From positions 19,132-83,131 of IMG/VR virus record IMGVR_UViG_3300005613_000033: DNA of 64,000 bases; one strand, given 5' to 3'. This document shows, piece after piece, positions 8,293 to 18,600 of this stretch. Position 1 is the stretch's first letter, and each line of letters starts with the position of its first letter. This stretch comes from a virus (lineage: Duplodnaviria > Heunggongvirae > Uroviricota > Caudoviricetes). The position numbers and the translations under genes were made by a program. A model generated the notes under the pieces. The model was not told the DNA's origin. It worked only from the letters and a program-made list of their open reading frames with translations, and did no database searches.

Positions 8293-8991
8293 ATGCGAAT
8301 TTTAGTGGCAATTTTACTTATTCTAACGGTGGGTTTGTACCATGCTGAAGCTAATGAGAAAGGTAATAAGTCTGTTTTGGGGTCTTTGGCGATCCTGGAC
8401 AAAGGGACAGAAAATAGATCTCCCAGAGACAGTGGAGAAGGTAACCGATTTGGGGGAAACTTACTTGGATCATTCCGGCGTACCGCAGCTAGACTCCAAG
8501 AATACGATGGACTCACTCCCAATGGAAACTTCGAGCGAGATGGACTCGACTGGACTCGCAGACCAATTGGCCGACAAACTGGCCCAAAGGAAAGAGGAGC
8601 GAAGGTTGAGGCGCGAGCGAAGGAAATCTGGGAGTGGTCCCAAAAAAAGATCGTAGTCCCTGATTCTGTGAAGAATTATATGATATTCTTCACGATGGAG
8701 GGGTGTGGTGGTTGCAAGCAAATGTATCCTCACATCAAAGATTTACAGAGTCAAGGGTACAAGATTTTTGTTATCTACAACAACGCAAACCAGAAATTGA
8801 TACGGGAACATGCAGTAACAAGCTACCCAACAATGGTTATTTATGATGAGGGGCAGCAAGTTAAAAGATACCGAGGTCCAGTAGCGACAGAAGCCATCAC
8901 CCGATACCTAAATAAGCCTGAAACACCAGACGACCCTGACCGTATACACTATGATTTTGTAGATGGTCCTAACAAATACAAACTGTGGTAA
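8293..8991 (+). CDS. secreted thioredoxin-fold protein
   Basis: Signal peptide MRILVAILLILTVGLYHAEA. Trx-like core FFTMEGCGGCKQMYP ... SYPTMVIYDEGQ (CxxC and cis-Pro loop). RBS GAGGAAAA. Confidence 0.6.
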   Translation: MRILVAILLILTVGLYHAEANEKGNKSVLGSLAILDKGTENRSPRDSGEGNRFGGNLLGSFRRTAARLQEYDGLTPNGNFERDGLDWTRRPIGRQTGPKERGAKVEARAKEIWEWSQKKIVVPDSVKNYMIFFTMEGCGGCKQMYPHIKDLQSQGYKIFVIYNNANQKLIREHAVTSYPTMVIYDEGQQVKRYRGPVATEAITRYLNKPETPDDPDRIHYDFVDGPNKYKLW

Positions 8992-8995
8992 ATAT

Positions 8996-9559
8996 ATGAG
9001 CGACGATCTACAACAATCTGAAGACTTAGAGGTTACAGAACTCTCACGTCGCGAAGTTCGACAGCTTCGGCGCCAGAGACATTTTAATGATTCTGTAGAA
9101 GAGATTAATGAACCTCAAGTCGAAGAAATTGAACAACCAGTTGAACAACTGGTTGTCCTAACCGACGATGAAGTTTTAATGGATGGCGCGGGAGACGAAG
9201 GTTTTCTTCAACATGCCCTCCAATTTAAGGACCGACCTGACCGATATCATGGCGATTTCAAGTTCATTACACGACTTGCCGCCCGACGTGCTCGTCGGCG
9301 TAACCAAATTACCGCTGCGGAACATGAACAAGTTCTCAGCCTAATCAGAAAACCTATACGATTGCATAAGGAAACACGTAAACCATTTAACGCTTGGGGT
9401 GAATTTGAAAATCAAGTTCGAGCCCAAATGCCAAAGGAAATGGCAGCAAAGAGTGGTTTTGATTGGTCAACTCTATGGAAACAGATAGTAGAATGGCTCA
9501 AAGAAAATTGGATGACCGTTCTCAAAATTGCCCTGTCAGTTCTCCTTATGGTGATCTAA
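8996..9559 (+). CDS. hypothetical protein with C-terminal TM helix
   Basis: Start chosen at ATG 8996 (MSDDLQQSEDLEV...). Acidic N-terminal half, RRARRRNQ segment, C-terminal MTVLKIALSVLLMVI. Confidence 0.4.
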   Translation: MSDDLQQSEDLEVTELSRREVRQLRRQRHFNDSVEEINEPQVEEIEQPVEQLVVLTDDEVLMDGAGDEGFLQHALQFKDRPDRYHGDFKFITRLAARRARRRNQITAAEHEQVLSLIRKPIRLHKETRKPFNAWGEFENQVRAQMPKEMAAKSGFDWSTLWKQIVEWLKENWMTVLKIALSVLLMVI

Positions 9560-9580
9560 ATACTCGGGAGGGTATAACTA

Positions 9581-10135
9581 ATGTTGCAACTTCCAATGAC
9601 ACCGATAGGGACATTTAAGCTTGTCCTCGAAATCCATGAGGATAAGGGCTATAATCGAATCGAGATGTTGCCTCGTCCACAACTTGATCTTCAGGGGAAG
9701 CCCAATTTGATTATCTATCAAGCAATTGATAGTAATAGTAAAATCTTGGCTACCTTGGCCCATGAAGGTAAAGAGTGGGTTGAATTCGATGCCAGACGCC
9801 ATCGACCAGAAAACTTCCTCAAGCCAAAGCCAGAAGCTTTGAAATCAGAGGTTACTTTAGAGTCGACGCCCGTGGTTGAGCCAACACCTAAGCTTGAATC
9901 TACGCCTCAGCCAAAAAGGGAACGACGCCGAAATGTCCGAAAACGAAAACCTATTCCTAAAGTCGGTCCAGACTCGGTTCGAGTCGAAACTGAACCAAAT
10001 GAAAAGGGTGGCAAAGTAATGATGGCAAAGGTCTCGAACCATGTGGAACCCAAGCAGGGTATAACTGCACCCGCTAAGGTTAAAACATTGCCTTTACCTC
10101 CGAAACCCAAACCGGAAGACAGTAACCCAGAGTAA
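9581..10135 (+). CDS. hypothetical protein with basic Pro/Lys-rich C-terminal tail (small terminase candidate by position only)
   Basis: RBS GGGAGGG. C-terminus KRERRRNVRKRKPIPK... Lies immediately upstream of the large terminase. Confidence 0.4.
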   Translation: MLQLPMTPIGTFKLVLEIHEDKGYNRIEMLPRPQLDLQGKPNLIIYQAIDSNSKILATLAHEGKEWVEFDARRHRPENFLKPKPEALKSEVTLESTPVVEPTPKLESTPQPKRERRRNVRKRKPIPKVGPDSVRVETEPNEKGGKVMMAKVSNHVEPKQGITAPAKVKTLPLPPKPKPEDSNPE

Positions 10136-10137
10136 AA

Positions 10138-10238
10138 CGAGATCGCTCTTGATGAAACGCCTCCTAATCCCCTCTGACCACCTGACTACTGAACTAGGTC
10201 GTTAGAGTCAAACATGCACACCAGAGCGATCTCTTCTA
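10138..10238. repeat. 12-nt inverted repeat pair (11-12 nt matched; GAGATCGCTCTT / AGAGCGATCTC) flanking ~70 nt, just upstream of the terminase start
   Basis: Seen directly in the sequence. Could be a cos/pac-associated site or another structured element. Confidence 0.4.
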
Positions 10239-10244
10239 AAATGA

Positions 10245-11912
10245 ATGAGCAATTTACTAAACGAGCTTGGATTATCTATAGCCGAAGGCTTACGCAGCAA
10301 GACTATTTCAAGCTGTACCAAATGGGCCTCACGACGGCGAATCATGGGCGAAGAGACAGACTTTCCAGGTCCGTTTTCCTTCGATTATCATCCATGGTGC
10401 AAGGAGATTTCCGATTCAACAGCATCGTTCAACACGGCTATGAAGGGAGCGCAATTAGGCGTCACCGAAATCGCTATCAATCGAGCCTTTTATACAATCG
10501 ATGTATTGAAGAAAGCAGTTCTATATGTACTGCCAACTCAAAACAATGCGTCCGACTTTTCAAAGACTCGATTCAATGGGGCATTGCACAATTCCGAATA
10601 CTTAAAGTCCATGTTCACGGATACGAACACAATTGGACTCAAGCAAGCGGGAGCCGTTCCACTATACATCAGAGGATCACGCGGCGACAGCAACCTAAAA
10701 TCCATTCCAGTCTCATATCTGATTTTAGACGAAATGGACGAAATGGATCAACGAGCTATTTGGCTCGCTTTAGAGCGTTTATCTGGTCATATGGAAAAAA
10801 GTGTTTTTGCAATCAGCACACCCACACTTCCAAAGTACGGGATTCACAAGTTATTTCTTAAAGGTACAATGGAAGAATGGACATTCATATGTCCGCACTG
10901 CAATAAATGGACCGAATTAACGTGGCCTGATTGCATTGAGATCCATGGAGAAGACGTAAATGATCCCAAGTGCTCACAATCATTTTTGAAATGTAAAGAG
11001 TGTCAACACCGTTTAGATCATATGATAAAACCTGAGTGGCTTAAAAGTGCGAAATGGCATGTTACAAACCCCGAAGCAGACGACGATCACCGGAGTTTCC
11101 ATGTCAACCAAATGTATTCGTACACTGTATCCCCAGGTGAGCTTGTTGTTGCTTATTTTCGTGGTTTAGGTGATGAAGCAGCGAATGTTGAATTCCATAA
11201 CTCAAAACTTGGTTTGCCATACATCCCAGAAGGTGGGCAAATTACCGATGACATACTCGATAATTGTATATCTAACTACACTACACAAGAGACACGCCCC
11301 TTAGAGAGTGGTCGGTTGATCGTGATGGGAGTTGACCAAGGTAAGTGGCATAACATTGAGATTACGGAATACTTTTTCGATACCTATTCACATGATCTCA
11401 ATGTAGCCGCGACAGCCAAGATTTTATGGACGGGGAAGATATTAGAAGATGAGTTTCCCAGATTAGATGAACTGATGCGTGAGTGGCAAGTCATGCACTG
11501 TGTAATCGACCCAGACCCACAAATCAATGACGCTCGACGCTTTGCCCGTAGATTCCCAGGTTATGTAACTCTTTGTCGATACAGGCGAGGGCAAACTGGA
11601 AAAGAGATTTCGATTCAAGAGGACGAACTAGGGACGCCGATGGCGACTGTAGATCGAACGAATTGGTTAGACGCGGCTTTAGGACGATTTCGATCAAAAC
11701 GAATACTACTGCCACGAGACATTTCCAGAGAATACCGGGAACAACTAAAAGCCCCAATTAGAACATACGAGAGGGACGAAATTGGCAACCCAATTGCAAA
11801 ATACGTGGAAACAGGTCCCGACCACTTTGCTCAAGCACGTTGCTACGCAGAAATTGCATTACCCTTAGCAGCATCGTATGTAACTAACAAGGACATAGCT
11901 GCATTTCTATAA
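10245..11912 (+). CDS. terminase large subunit, lambda GpA-like
   Basis: AMKGAQLGVTEIAIN aligns with the lambda gpA KSARVGYSK ATPase motif. Walker-B-like LILDEMDEMD. Cys cluster CPHCNKW...CKECQHRL. 555 aa. The overlapping frame 10214-10861 is spurious. Confidence 0.7.
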   Translation: MSNLLNELGLSIAEGLRSKTISSCTKWASRRRIMGEETDFPGPFSFDYHPWCKEISDSTASFNTAMKGAQLGVTEIAINRAFYTIDVLKKAVLYVLPTQNNASDFSKTRFNGALHNSEYLKSMFTDTNTIGLKQAGAVPLYIRGSRGDSNLKSIPVSYLILDEMDEMDQRAIWLALERLSGHMEKSVFAISTPTLPKYGIHKLFLKGTMEEWTFICPHCNKWTELTWPDCIEIHGEDVNDPKCSQSFLKCKECQHRLDHMIKPEWLKSAKWHVTNPEADDDHRSFHVNQMYSYTVSPGELVVAYFRGLGDEAANVEFHNSKLGLPYIPEGGQITDDILDNCISNYTTQETRPLESGRLIVMGVDQGKWHNIEITEYFFDTYSHDLNVAATAKILWTGKILEDEFPRLDELMREWQVMHCVIDPDPQINDARRFARRFPGYVTLCRYRRGQTGKEISIQEDELGTPMATVDRTNWLDAALGRFRSKRILLPRDISREYREQLKAPIRTYERDEIGNPIAKYVETGPDHFAQARCYAEIALPLAASYVTNKDIAAFL

Positions 11913-11923
11913 GGAGCGACATA

Positions 11924-12247
11924 ATGAATAATATTGAACGACGACGAGCCCTACAAGCATGGTGGAAAGAACATAAACCTATCCGAACCTTTCTCAAGCA
12001 TCTGCTTGCGGTAACGACTTTTGGTTGGGACTTTCCAGTCTTGAAGGAATTGATTAAATGGTGGGGAAGTCGGCCACGAGTTCAGGATAGAATCCAACGA
12101 AGGCATGCCGCCTATCGTTACTTTTACCGCTTAATTCAACTGTCGATACGCTTATCAATTCGACTCATGGTTAAAGCTATAACATTAGGCAAGTATCCAA
12201 AGCGTCCATTCCTATGGGATAAGGAACTTTGGACTCGTGAAGACTAA
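11924..12247 (+). CDS. hypothetical protein between terminase and portal (head-tail joining candidate by position)
   Basis: Strong RBS AAGGAG. 107 aa, basic, Trp-rich. Confidence 0.45.
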   Translation: MNNIERRRALQAWWKEHKPIRTFLKHLLAVTTFGWDFPVLKELIKWWGSRPRVQDRIQRRHAAYRYFYRLIQLSIRLSIRLMVKAITLGKYPKRPFLWDKELWTRED

Positions 12248-12261
12248 AACTGAGGTGTACA

Positions 12262-14109
12262 ATGGCCACCCCTGCTGCAACCTTTCAAAACTTGGTTTCT
12301 GCTAGGCACCCAGTCTACTTACGTGATTTTGGGCACTGGCAACTTTGGCGAAATACCTACGAGTCTGGTGAATACTATGTGAGTAATTACTTACAAAAGT
12401 TTACCACTCGTGAAGATGATGAGGCTTTCACGGCGAGAAAGTCCATCACTCCGATTCCCGCCTTTGCTAAAGCAGCAATCAATGACGTTCGGAATTCAAT
12501 TTTCCAACGACTACGCGATGCTCTCCGTAAAGGAGGTTCACAGACCTACAAATATTCTGTCCAAGGTTTGGAAGGTGGCGTTGATATGCGTGGTTCCAGT
12601 ATGGACAAGTTTATGGGTGTCGATATCTTAACAGAATTACTTGTTATGGGGCGAGTAGGTTGTTATGTAGATATGCCCGTAGCTACCCCTAGCTTTTCTG
12701 TTGAGGCTAGTCTTGCCGATACCATGGAACAACGCCCGTATCTCTATATGTACCCAGTCGAAGATATTCTTTCTTGGACATGTAGTAATCCCAGTAAACC
12801 AGAGGAATTTCAATCATTATTACTGCGTGATCGTTGCACGACTTTCAAACAACCAGGTGGTTATCAAGTTCGTATCCCCGATGGTAATTATGAACGATTT
12901 AGATTGGTTTGGATCAATCAAGAAACAGGAAGGGTCAATGTTCAATTTTTTGATCCTCAGGGGATGCCTATTGATAGGGACACTGGTTTACCAACAGCCG
13001 ACGAACCTATTGAACTCGAATTAACTAAAATCCCGTTCTGTCTTTTAGATATAGGTGATAGCCTACTGAAAGACGTTTGTAGACACCAAATTGCGTTATT
13101 GAATTTAGGTTCAAGTGATGTAGCATACGCATTGAAAGCGAATTATCCTTTTTATATTGAGCAACGAGATTTACGCGCTGTCGGAGACCATCTTAAACAT
13201 GCAACTAATCCTGATGGTACGGCAACAGCCGGTGGTCAAGGGGCTAAAGATGAAGAGATTCAAGTAGGGGCGACTCAGGGCCGTGCTTACGATATGAAGA
13301 TGGAAGCTCCATCATTTATTCATCCGTCCCCAGAGCCATTAGAGGCATCAATAAAGTTGCAAGAAAAACTTGAGGACGATATTCGTAAATTGGTCCAACT
13401 TGCTATTCAAAATAAAGTAGGTAAACGAGTATCTCCCGAATCAAAAGAAATGGATAATCAAGGTTTGGAAGCTGGATTATCTTTTATTGGGCTTATACTT
13501 GAAGGAGCCGAAAGACGGTTAGCTGAATTCTGGGCGGCTTACGAAGAACGTAAGCCACGTAAACGCCTTATCGCCACAATAAAATATCCTGATCGGTATA
13601 GTCTAAAGACTGACAGGGATCGTATTGAAGAAGCTACAAAAGTTGCTGAACTCATGTATACTGTGCCAGGAGCTACAGTTAAACGTGAACTAGCAAAGAA
13701 CATTGTAGAAACTCTTTTAAGTGGAAAAACTACCGTTGAAACTTTAGACAAAATCTATAGGGAAGTATCTACCGCTAATTATACAACTAGTGACCCCGAT
13801 ACCGTTATTAGGGCCATGGAGGCAGGGTTGTGTGGGGAGCAGACTGCGTCAATAGCCCTTGGATTCAGTGAGAATGAATACCTCCAGGCTCGAAAGGATC
13901 ACATGGAACGTATTCTACGTATTAAAGAAGCCCAATCATCTGGCGATGAGGAGGACAATATACGGGAGGGAGCCCGTGGTGTAAACGACTTATCTGCTGA
14001 TCCGGCCCACGAAGGTAGGGAAGAAAAAGAAGAAAGTCGTGACACAACCCTGAGTGATTCTGTAGACAAACCCGTTCGCGGTAAAGGCCGCGACAAGCAA
14101 ACTGATTAG
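12262..14109 (+). CDS. putative portal protein
   Basis: 615 aa, immediately after the terminase region. Acidic C-terminal tail. RBS GAGGTG. Called from position and size only. Confidence 0.5.
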   Translation: MATPAATFQNLVSARHPVYLRDFGHWQLWRNTYESGEYYVSNYLQKFTTREDDEAFTARKSITPIPAFAKAAINDVRNSIFQRLRDALRKGGSQTYKYSVQGLEGGVDMRGSSMDKFMGVDILTELLVMGRVGCYVDMPVATPSFSVEASLADTMEQRPYLYMYPVEDILSWTCSNPSKPEEFQSLLLRDRCTTFKQPGGYQVRIPDGNYERFRLVWINQETGRVNVQFFDPQGMPIDRDTGLPTADEPIELELTKIPFCLLDIGDSLLKDVCRHQIALLNLGSSDVAYALKANYPFYIEQRDLRAVGDHLKHATNPDGTATAGGQGAKDEEIQVGATQGRAYDMKMEAPSFIHPSPEPLEASIKLQEKLEDDIRKLVQLAIQNKVGKRVSPESKEMDNQGLEAGLSFIGLILEGAERRLAEFWAAYEERKPRKRLIATIKYPDRYSLKTDRDRIEEATKVAELMYTVPGATVKRELAKNIVETLLSGKTTVETLDKIYREVSTANYTTSDPDTVIRAMEAGLCGEQTASIALGFSENEYLQARKDHMERILRIKEAQSSGDEEDNIREGARGVNDLSADPAHEGREEKEESRDTTLSDSVDKPVRGKGRDKQTD

Positions 14110-14120
14110 GAGTAAAACTT

Positions 14121-14822
14121 ATGGCTATTCCCGTTAATGTTGTAGAAGGGACAATCGAAACTGTCGTTGAAGTGGGAAATATCGAAAATATAACCCAAGT
14201 TAACGAAGTTGTCAACGTCCAAGAGGTTGCAAATGTAGCTAACGTAGCTGAGGTTGCTAACGTAGCTGAGGTTGCTAACGTAGCTAACGTAGCTGAAGTT
14301 GCTAATGTAGCTGAAGTTGCTAACGTAGCTGAGGTTGCTAACGTAGCTGAGGTTGCTAACGTAGCTAACGTAGCTGAAGTTGCTAATGTAGCTGAAGTTG
14401 CTAATGTAGCTAACGTAGCTGAGGTTGCTAACGTAGCTGAGGTTGCTAACGTAGCTGAGGTTGCTAACGTAGCTGAGGTTGCTAATGTAGCTGAAGTTGC
14501 TAACGTTGAGAGTGTAGCGGCATTGGTTAAGGAAACGACAGCATTTACCACTGTTGTGACAGCTAATTCCGAGACAGCTAACACAGCCAAGCAGTTACAT
14601 GCCGATACAGCCGCGAACAAGTTCGTGATGGTTCGGTCGCGTGACGATAACAGCACTACTAACCCATTGTGGGTTGGTAAGTCCACAGTTGATGCCCAAA
14701 ACAGTGCTAATGGTTATCCGTTGGACGCTGGTGAAAGTATCACTCTTCCAGTTGAGAACGCTAACGAAGTGTATGTAGACTCGGTCTCTGCGAATCAGAA
14801 TTATACATACGTCGTAGTCTAA
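14121..14822 (+). CDS. structural protein with ~32 tandem Val-Ala-Asn / Val-Ala-Glu tripeptide repeats (9-nt codon period, 18-nt DNA unit)
   Basis: Protein (VANVAE)n region across residues 35-130. RBS TAGGAG. The C-terminal ~100 aa is non-repetitive. Confidence 0.55.
   Translation: MAIPVNVVEGTIETVVEVGNIENITQVNEVVNVQEVANVANVAEVANVAEVANVANVAEVANVAEVANVAEVANVAEVANVANVAEVANVAEVANVANVAEVANVAEVANVAEVANVAEVANVAEVANVESVAALVKETTAFTTVVTANSETANTAKQLHADTAANKFVMVRSRDDNSTTNPLWVGKSTVDAQNSANGYPLDAGESITLPVENANEVYVDSVSANQNYTYVVV
14226..14513 (+). repeat. in-frame tandem DNA repeat, unit GTAGCTGAGGTTGCTAAC (18 bp, ~16 copies with synonymous variants)
   Basis: Read directly. The antisense ORF 13922-14686 (TSATLA repeats) is its mirror and is not coding. 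Confidence 0.85.
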
Positions 14823-14890
14823 ACGAATTTCCTAATTAACTACCCCTTCGGGGGCAGTTAAATTAGTACAAATAACTGGAGTTCGGGCTG

Positions 14891-15205
14891 ATGAGCATTC
14901 CAACACGGGTAAAGAGTGGTGTCATCTCAATTCAAGATGCACCTTTAGTGCCGAAGGGTTACCAACAACTAACCCCATCTACGGCAACAGGACTAACAGT
15001 CCCCGCTGGTGCTACAATGGCCCTCATTCAAGCCGTGACACAGAACGTTCGATGGCGTGATGATGGCACGTCCCCAGCAGCAGGTGTAGGGATGCGAATT
15101 TCTGCTGGGGAAGAATTTTGGTACACTGGAGACTTAGACGCAATTGAATTTATTGAAGAAGTAGCCAGTACCCAACTCAATGTATCCTATTATTCAACTG
15201 AATAA
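14891..15205 (+). CDS. hypothetical structural protein (104 aa)
   Basis: ORF in the morphogenesis module. Confidence 0.4.
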   Translation: MSIPTRVKSGVISIQDAPLVPKGYQQLTPSTATGLTVPAGATMALIQAVTQNVRWRDDGTSPAAGVGMRISAGEEFWYTGDLDAIEFIEEVASTQLNVSYYSTE

Positions 15206-15216
15206 GGAGTTAACCT

Positions 15217-15540
15217 ATGGCTGATCGCCTAAGAATTACCGAGACTAGCGATTCCGATATGAAGGAACGCTATTGGGACAAGTTCTATCGTCCCCAACGG
15301 CAACAGGTTGGTCCTTTAACAGCCGAGCGAGAGGTCGCTTGGGGAGTTCTTCGTTTGACCAGTGGTAATAACCAAGATGATCTTGCCACTATTGAAACAG
15401 CAATTGAAGCCGTAAATGGCGTTGATGATTGCGAGTTGGTTGTTAGTGGACAAGTTCCGACTGCGAATGATATTCCGGCTGACTACGAAGTTTATGCTAC
15501 TGTTGAGGGTCGATTCGTACTGCAAGAAAATGCAGTCTAA
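15217..15540 (+). CDS. hypothetical structural protein (107 aa)
   Basis: RBS TAAGGAG. Followed by a terminator. Confidence 0.45.
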   Translation: MADRLRITETSDSDMKERYWDKFYRPQRQQVGPLTAEREVAWGVLRLTSGNNQDDLATIETAIEAVNGVDDCELVVSGQVPTANDIPADYEVYATVEGRFVLQENAV

Positions 15541-15550
15541 TTTTAACAAT

Positions 15551-15589
15551 CCCGACAGTCGGGGGATGTTCCCGACTGTCGGATCTTTT
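15551..15589 (+). terminator. rho-independent terminator
   Basis: CCCGACAGTCGGG..CCCGACTGTCGG stem followed by ATCTTTT. Confidence 0.6.
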
Positions 15590-15631
15590 CACTTGTTACA
15601 AGTTTGAGCAGCAACAGAGTGGAGCAAGCAG

Positions 15632-18600
15632 ATGGCTACGTATTACTGGAGATCGTCGGTCAATAACACCTGGACCTCAAATAACTGGTCAACTACTGAC
15701 GGTGGTCCACTTAGTGGAACTTATCCACAGGCTGGCGATACAGCTATTTTCAAAGCTTCTAGCGGGCAAGGTAATTGCGGGCTGGATGCTAATGTTTCCA
15801 TAACAAAATTGGACATGCGCTCTGATTACACAGGGACGCTAAGTGGTAATACGTACAATTTCACGACAACTGGTGACATGATTATCGCCGGTACACAGAT
15901 CATAGCGGGTAGTGGTACCTGGACAACCGCAGGTCATTTGAACTATGTAAATGTGGGGACGTTTACGCCAAATGCCTCAAAATTCATAATGACCGGGACA
16001 GGAAAAACACTAACCAATAGTGCCGCAAATCGATACTTTTATGATCTTGAAATCAATGGGACAATTTCTGCCGTGGGGGCTGTCTTGTGGCATAATTCGC
16101 TTACGATTAAAACAGACAAATCATTGACACTAACCGACACCGATGCTGGAAACTACAACCTTGGTGGGACTTGTATCTCGAAATTGTACTTGGAATCCGG
16201 GGCAGATTTTGATCTAGGTGGACACCAAATTAATTGGTTTACTCCTGGTACAGGTGGTGTCCAGTCGATGGCGTCTACGGCTCGTATTCGTAATGGATCG
16301 ATTCGTTGTCTCTACCCCTCAACAACTACAGGTGTAGGGGTTTGGGATTTTGGGGCTACTTATGGTTGGGAAGTTAACTTCCGTGTGTTTGGACCTTCAG
16401 GTAACGATGGACATTTTACATTCCCGAATAAGGTATGTAAGATTGGTGGTTATTTTCGTGCTGAGATTCGTTCTTGGTATCCGAATGGTAGTCTCACACT
16501 CCATGCGGCCGGTAGCTCAACTGACGTGCAAATTAGTGGCTATTTTGCCACTCTCTCCGATACAGTTAATATTGGGTCTGTCAATGTCGATAACACAGGG
16601 GTGACTGGAAATAAATGGACGTTCAACAGTCATGTATATGATTGGATGGAAACGGCAAATGGTGCATCACGAGGGTGGACAAAGAATGCTGAATCCTGTT
16701 ACGCCAGTAGCGCAGTTGCCAGGGATTGGGACTTTACGAACTGGACAGTCCAAACCATTCAAATCTATGCTTCCAGTGGCACAGTCACTATGAATTCGGA
16801 TGTTAATTGTGTAAACTTCGACGTTAGTCAAGGTACATTCGATGCCAATGATTATGATCTCTATGTGCAAGGAAACTTCTTTGTTCGGACAAATGCCACT
16901 TGGACATTAAGTTCCAGCACCATTATCAATCTTACTGGTTCTGCTGCATCACAAATTGAAGCAGTCCCACGAGTCGATCCTATTACATTAAATCGAACTG
17001 GTGCTGGTGGTATGACGCAATCTGGGAATGTTCATACATCAAATCTAGTACTAACAGATGGGTTTTGGACTGGGGTTTCCTATGATCTTGAAACTCACGC
17101 TGGGTTGTCAAAAGGGGCTAGTGCCGGCCCTATCGACCTTGGAACTGGTGATATTACAGGTTGGGGCGATATCGATATCACAAGCATGGATGCGACAGGG
17201 TGTCAAATTATCTTTGCAGCATCTAAAACTCTAACCTATACCAATTGGCAATACCTAGATAGACTACAAATTATCAATAGTTCGACATGTTCATTGATGG
17301 CGGGTACGGACATAGTGATTAACATCACTGGTTCTGTGGATCTTCAAGCTAATTCGACATTCGATACTAAAGACCAACGTGTTTATTGCTGGACTGATGC
17401 AAGGGTTTGGATTCGGACAAATGCCCTGTGGACTGGTACACGTCAGCAATCACTACTATTCTATAATACTACATCAGGTAATGGATTGGTACTGAATGAC
17501 GGAATCTACGCTGGTTACGAGCTTCGATTCTATCAATGTACAGCGGGGACGCGATGGGCACCAGGGGTTTATAATCAGATTACTACTTACATTTATGGTG
17601 GTAATGATTGCTATATAAAACCCGACGCGGGAACTTTTTACCTCGCCAATCATCTGAGATTAAACAATATTAGTGGTAACGCCGTTTACATAGACATGAC
17701 AAATAATCCCACTTTCCAAATAGGAGGAGATTGTCTGTACGGCGGTGGTATTACGTCTGCCGATATTTTTTGGACTGTTAACGATGAGACATTTGAATTC
17801 GTTGGGTCAGCTAATCAGGAGTATGAATGGGCCCATGAAATTGGAAACGTTGTAGTAGATAATTCGGGTACAGGTAGTGATCTCTTCTTGAATCTTGGTT
17901 ATGGAGCCCACTTACATTGTAAAAATTTAACTGGTACTGATGGTGGAATTAACTGTGACTCACATCAAGTTACTGTTGAAGGAGATTGTGTCCTTGATTT
18001 CGATAACTTGACAACAGGTGGTGCAGATTGGAATTTATATGGTCATTTTGATTGGAAAGATGTGACAACTTGGTCAGTAGATTCTAGTCAAAAGTTCATA
18101 ATGAATGGGGTTGACAAGTATCTATTGGGAGGTGGTACAAAAGCCCTTCCATATCTGACGATTCCGGCAGGCAAATCAGCTTATATTCATGCTAGTACAA
18201 GCGTGGCAGTTGATATTAATTCTGCGGCTACTATTGCTGGTACTTTAACTGTCGATGGCACTGTTGATTTTCGACTTTATAGTGCTAATCTAACAGTTGA
18301 AACAACTGGCACCGTAACAGGTACTAGTGATGTTATCTTTTATCTGGCTGGTAGCAACACCGGGCTTATCCTAAATGGTTCTTACACCTATAGCCCCGCT
18401 CGAACATACTTTGTTGATCCAGACACAACCTCATTGATCCCAGCAGGAACTTATGGTGGGCATATTCGAGTTCATTCTACAAGTGGTGTCAAAACATGGC
18501 AACCTGATACCGGGACTTATGATATTTCTGGATATCTACTCTTTGAAGCTGAAGATGGGGATACATTGAATGTAGATTGCCGATCCTCACAACCTGTTTT

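Noticed and set aside
10214-10861. 215-aa ORF overlapping the terminase start in another frame
   Set aside because: The terminase frame carries the GpA ATPase motifs. This frame is Arg/Ser-rich with no RBS.
14226-14513. Possible CRISPR array
   Set aside because: The repeats are contiguous with no spacers, have an 18-bp period in a coding frame, and there are no cas genes.
13922-14686. 254-aa minus-strand ORF with TSATLA repeats
   Set aside because: It is the mirror image of the in-frame 18-bp tandem repeat of the plus-strand VANVAE gene, which has an RBS and operon context.
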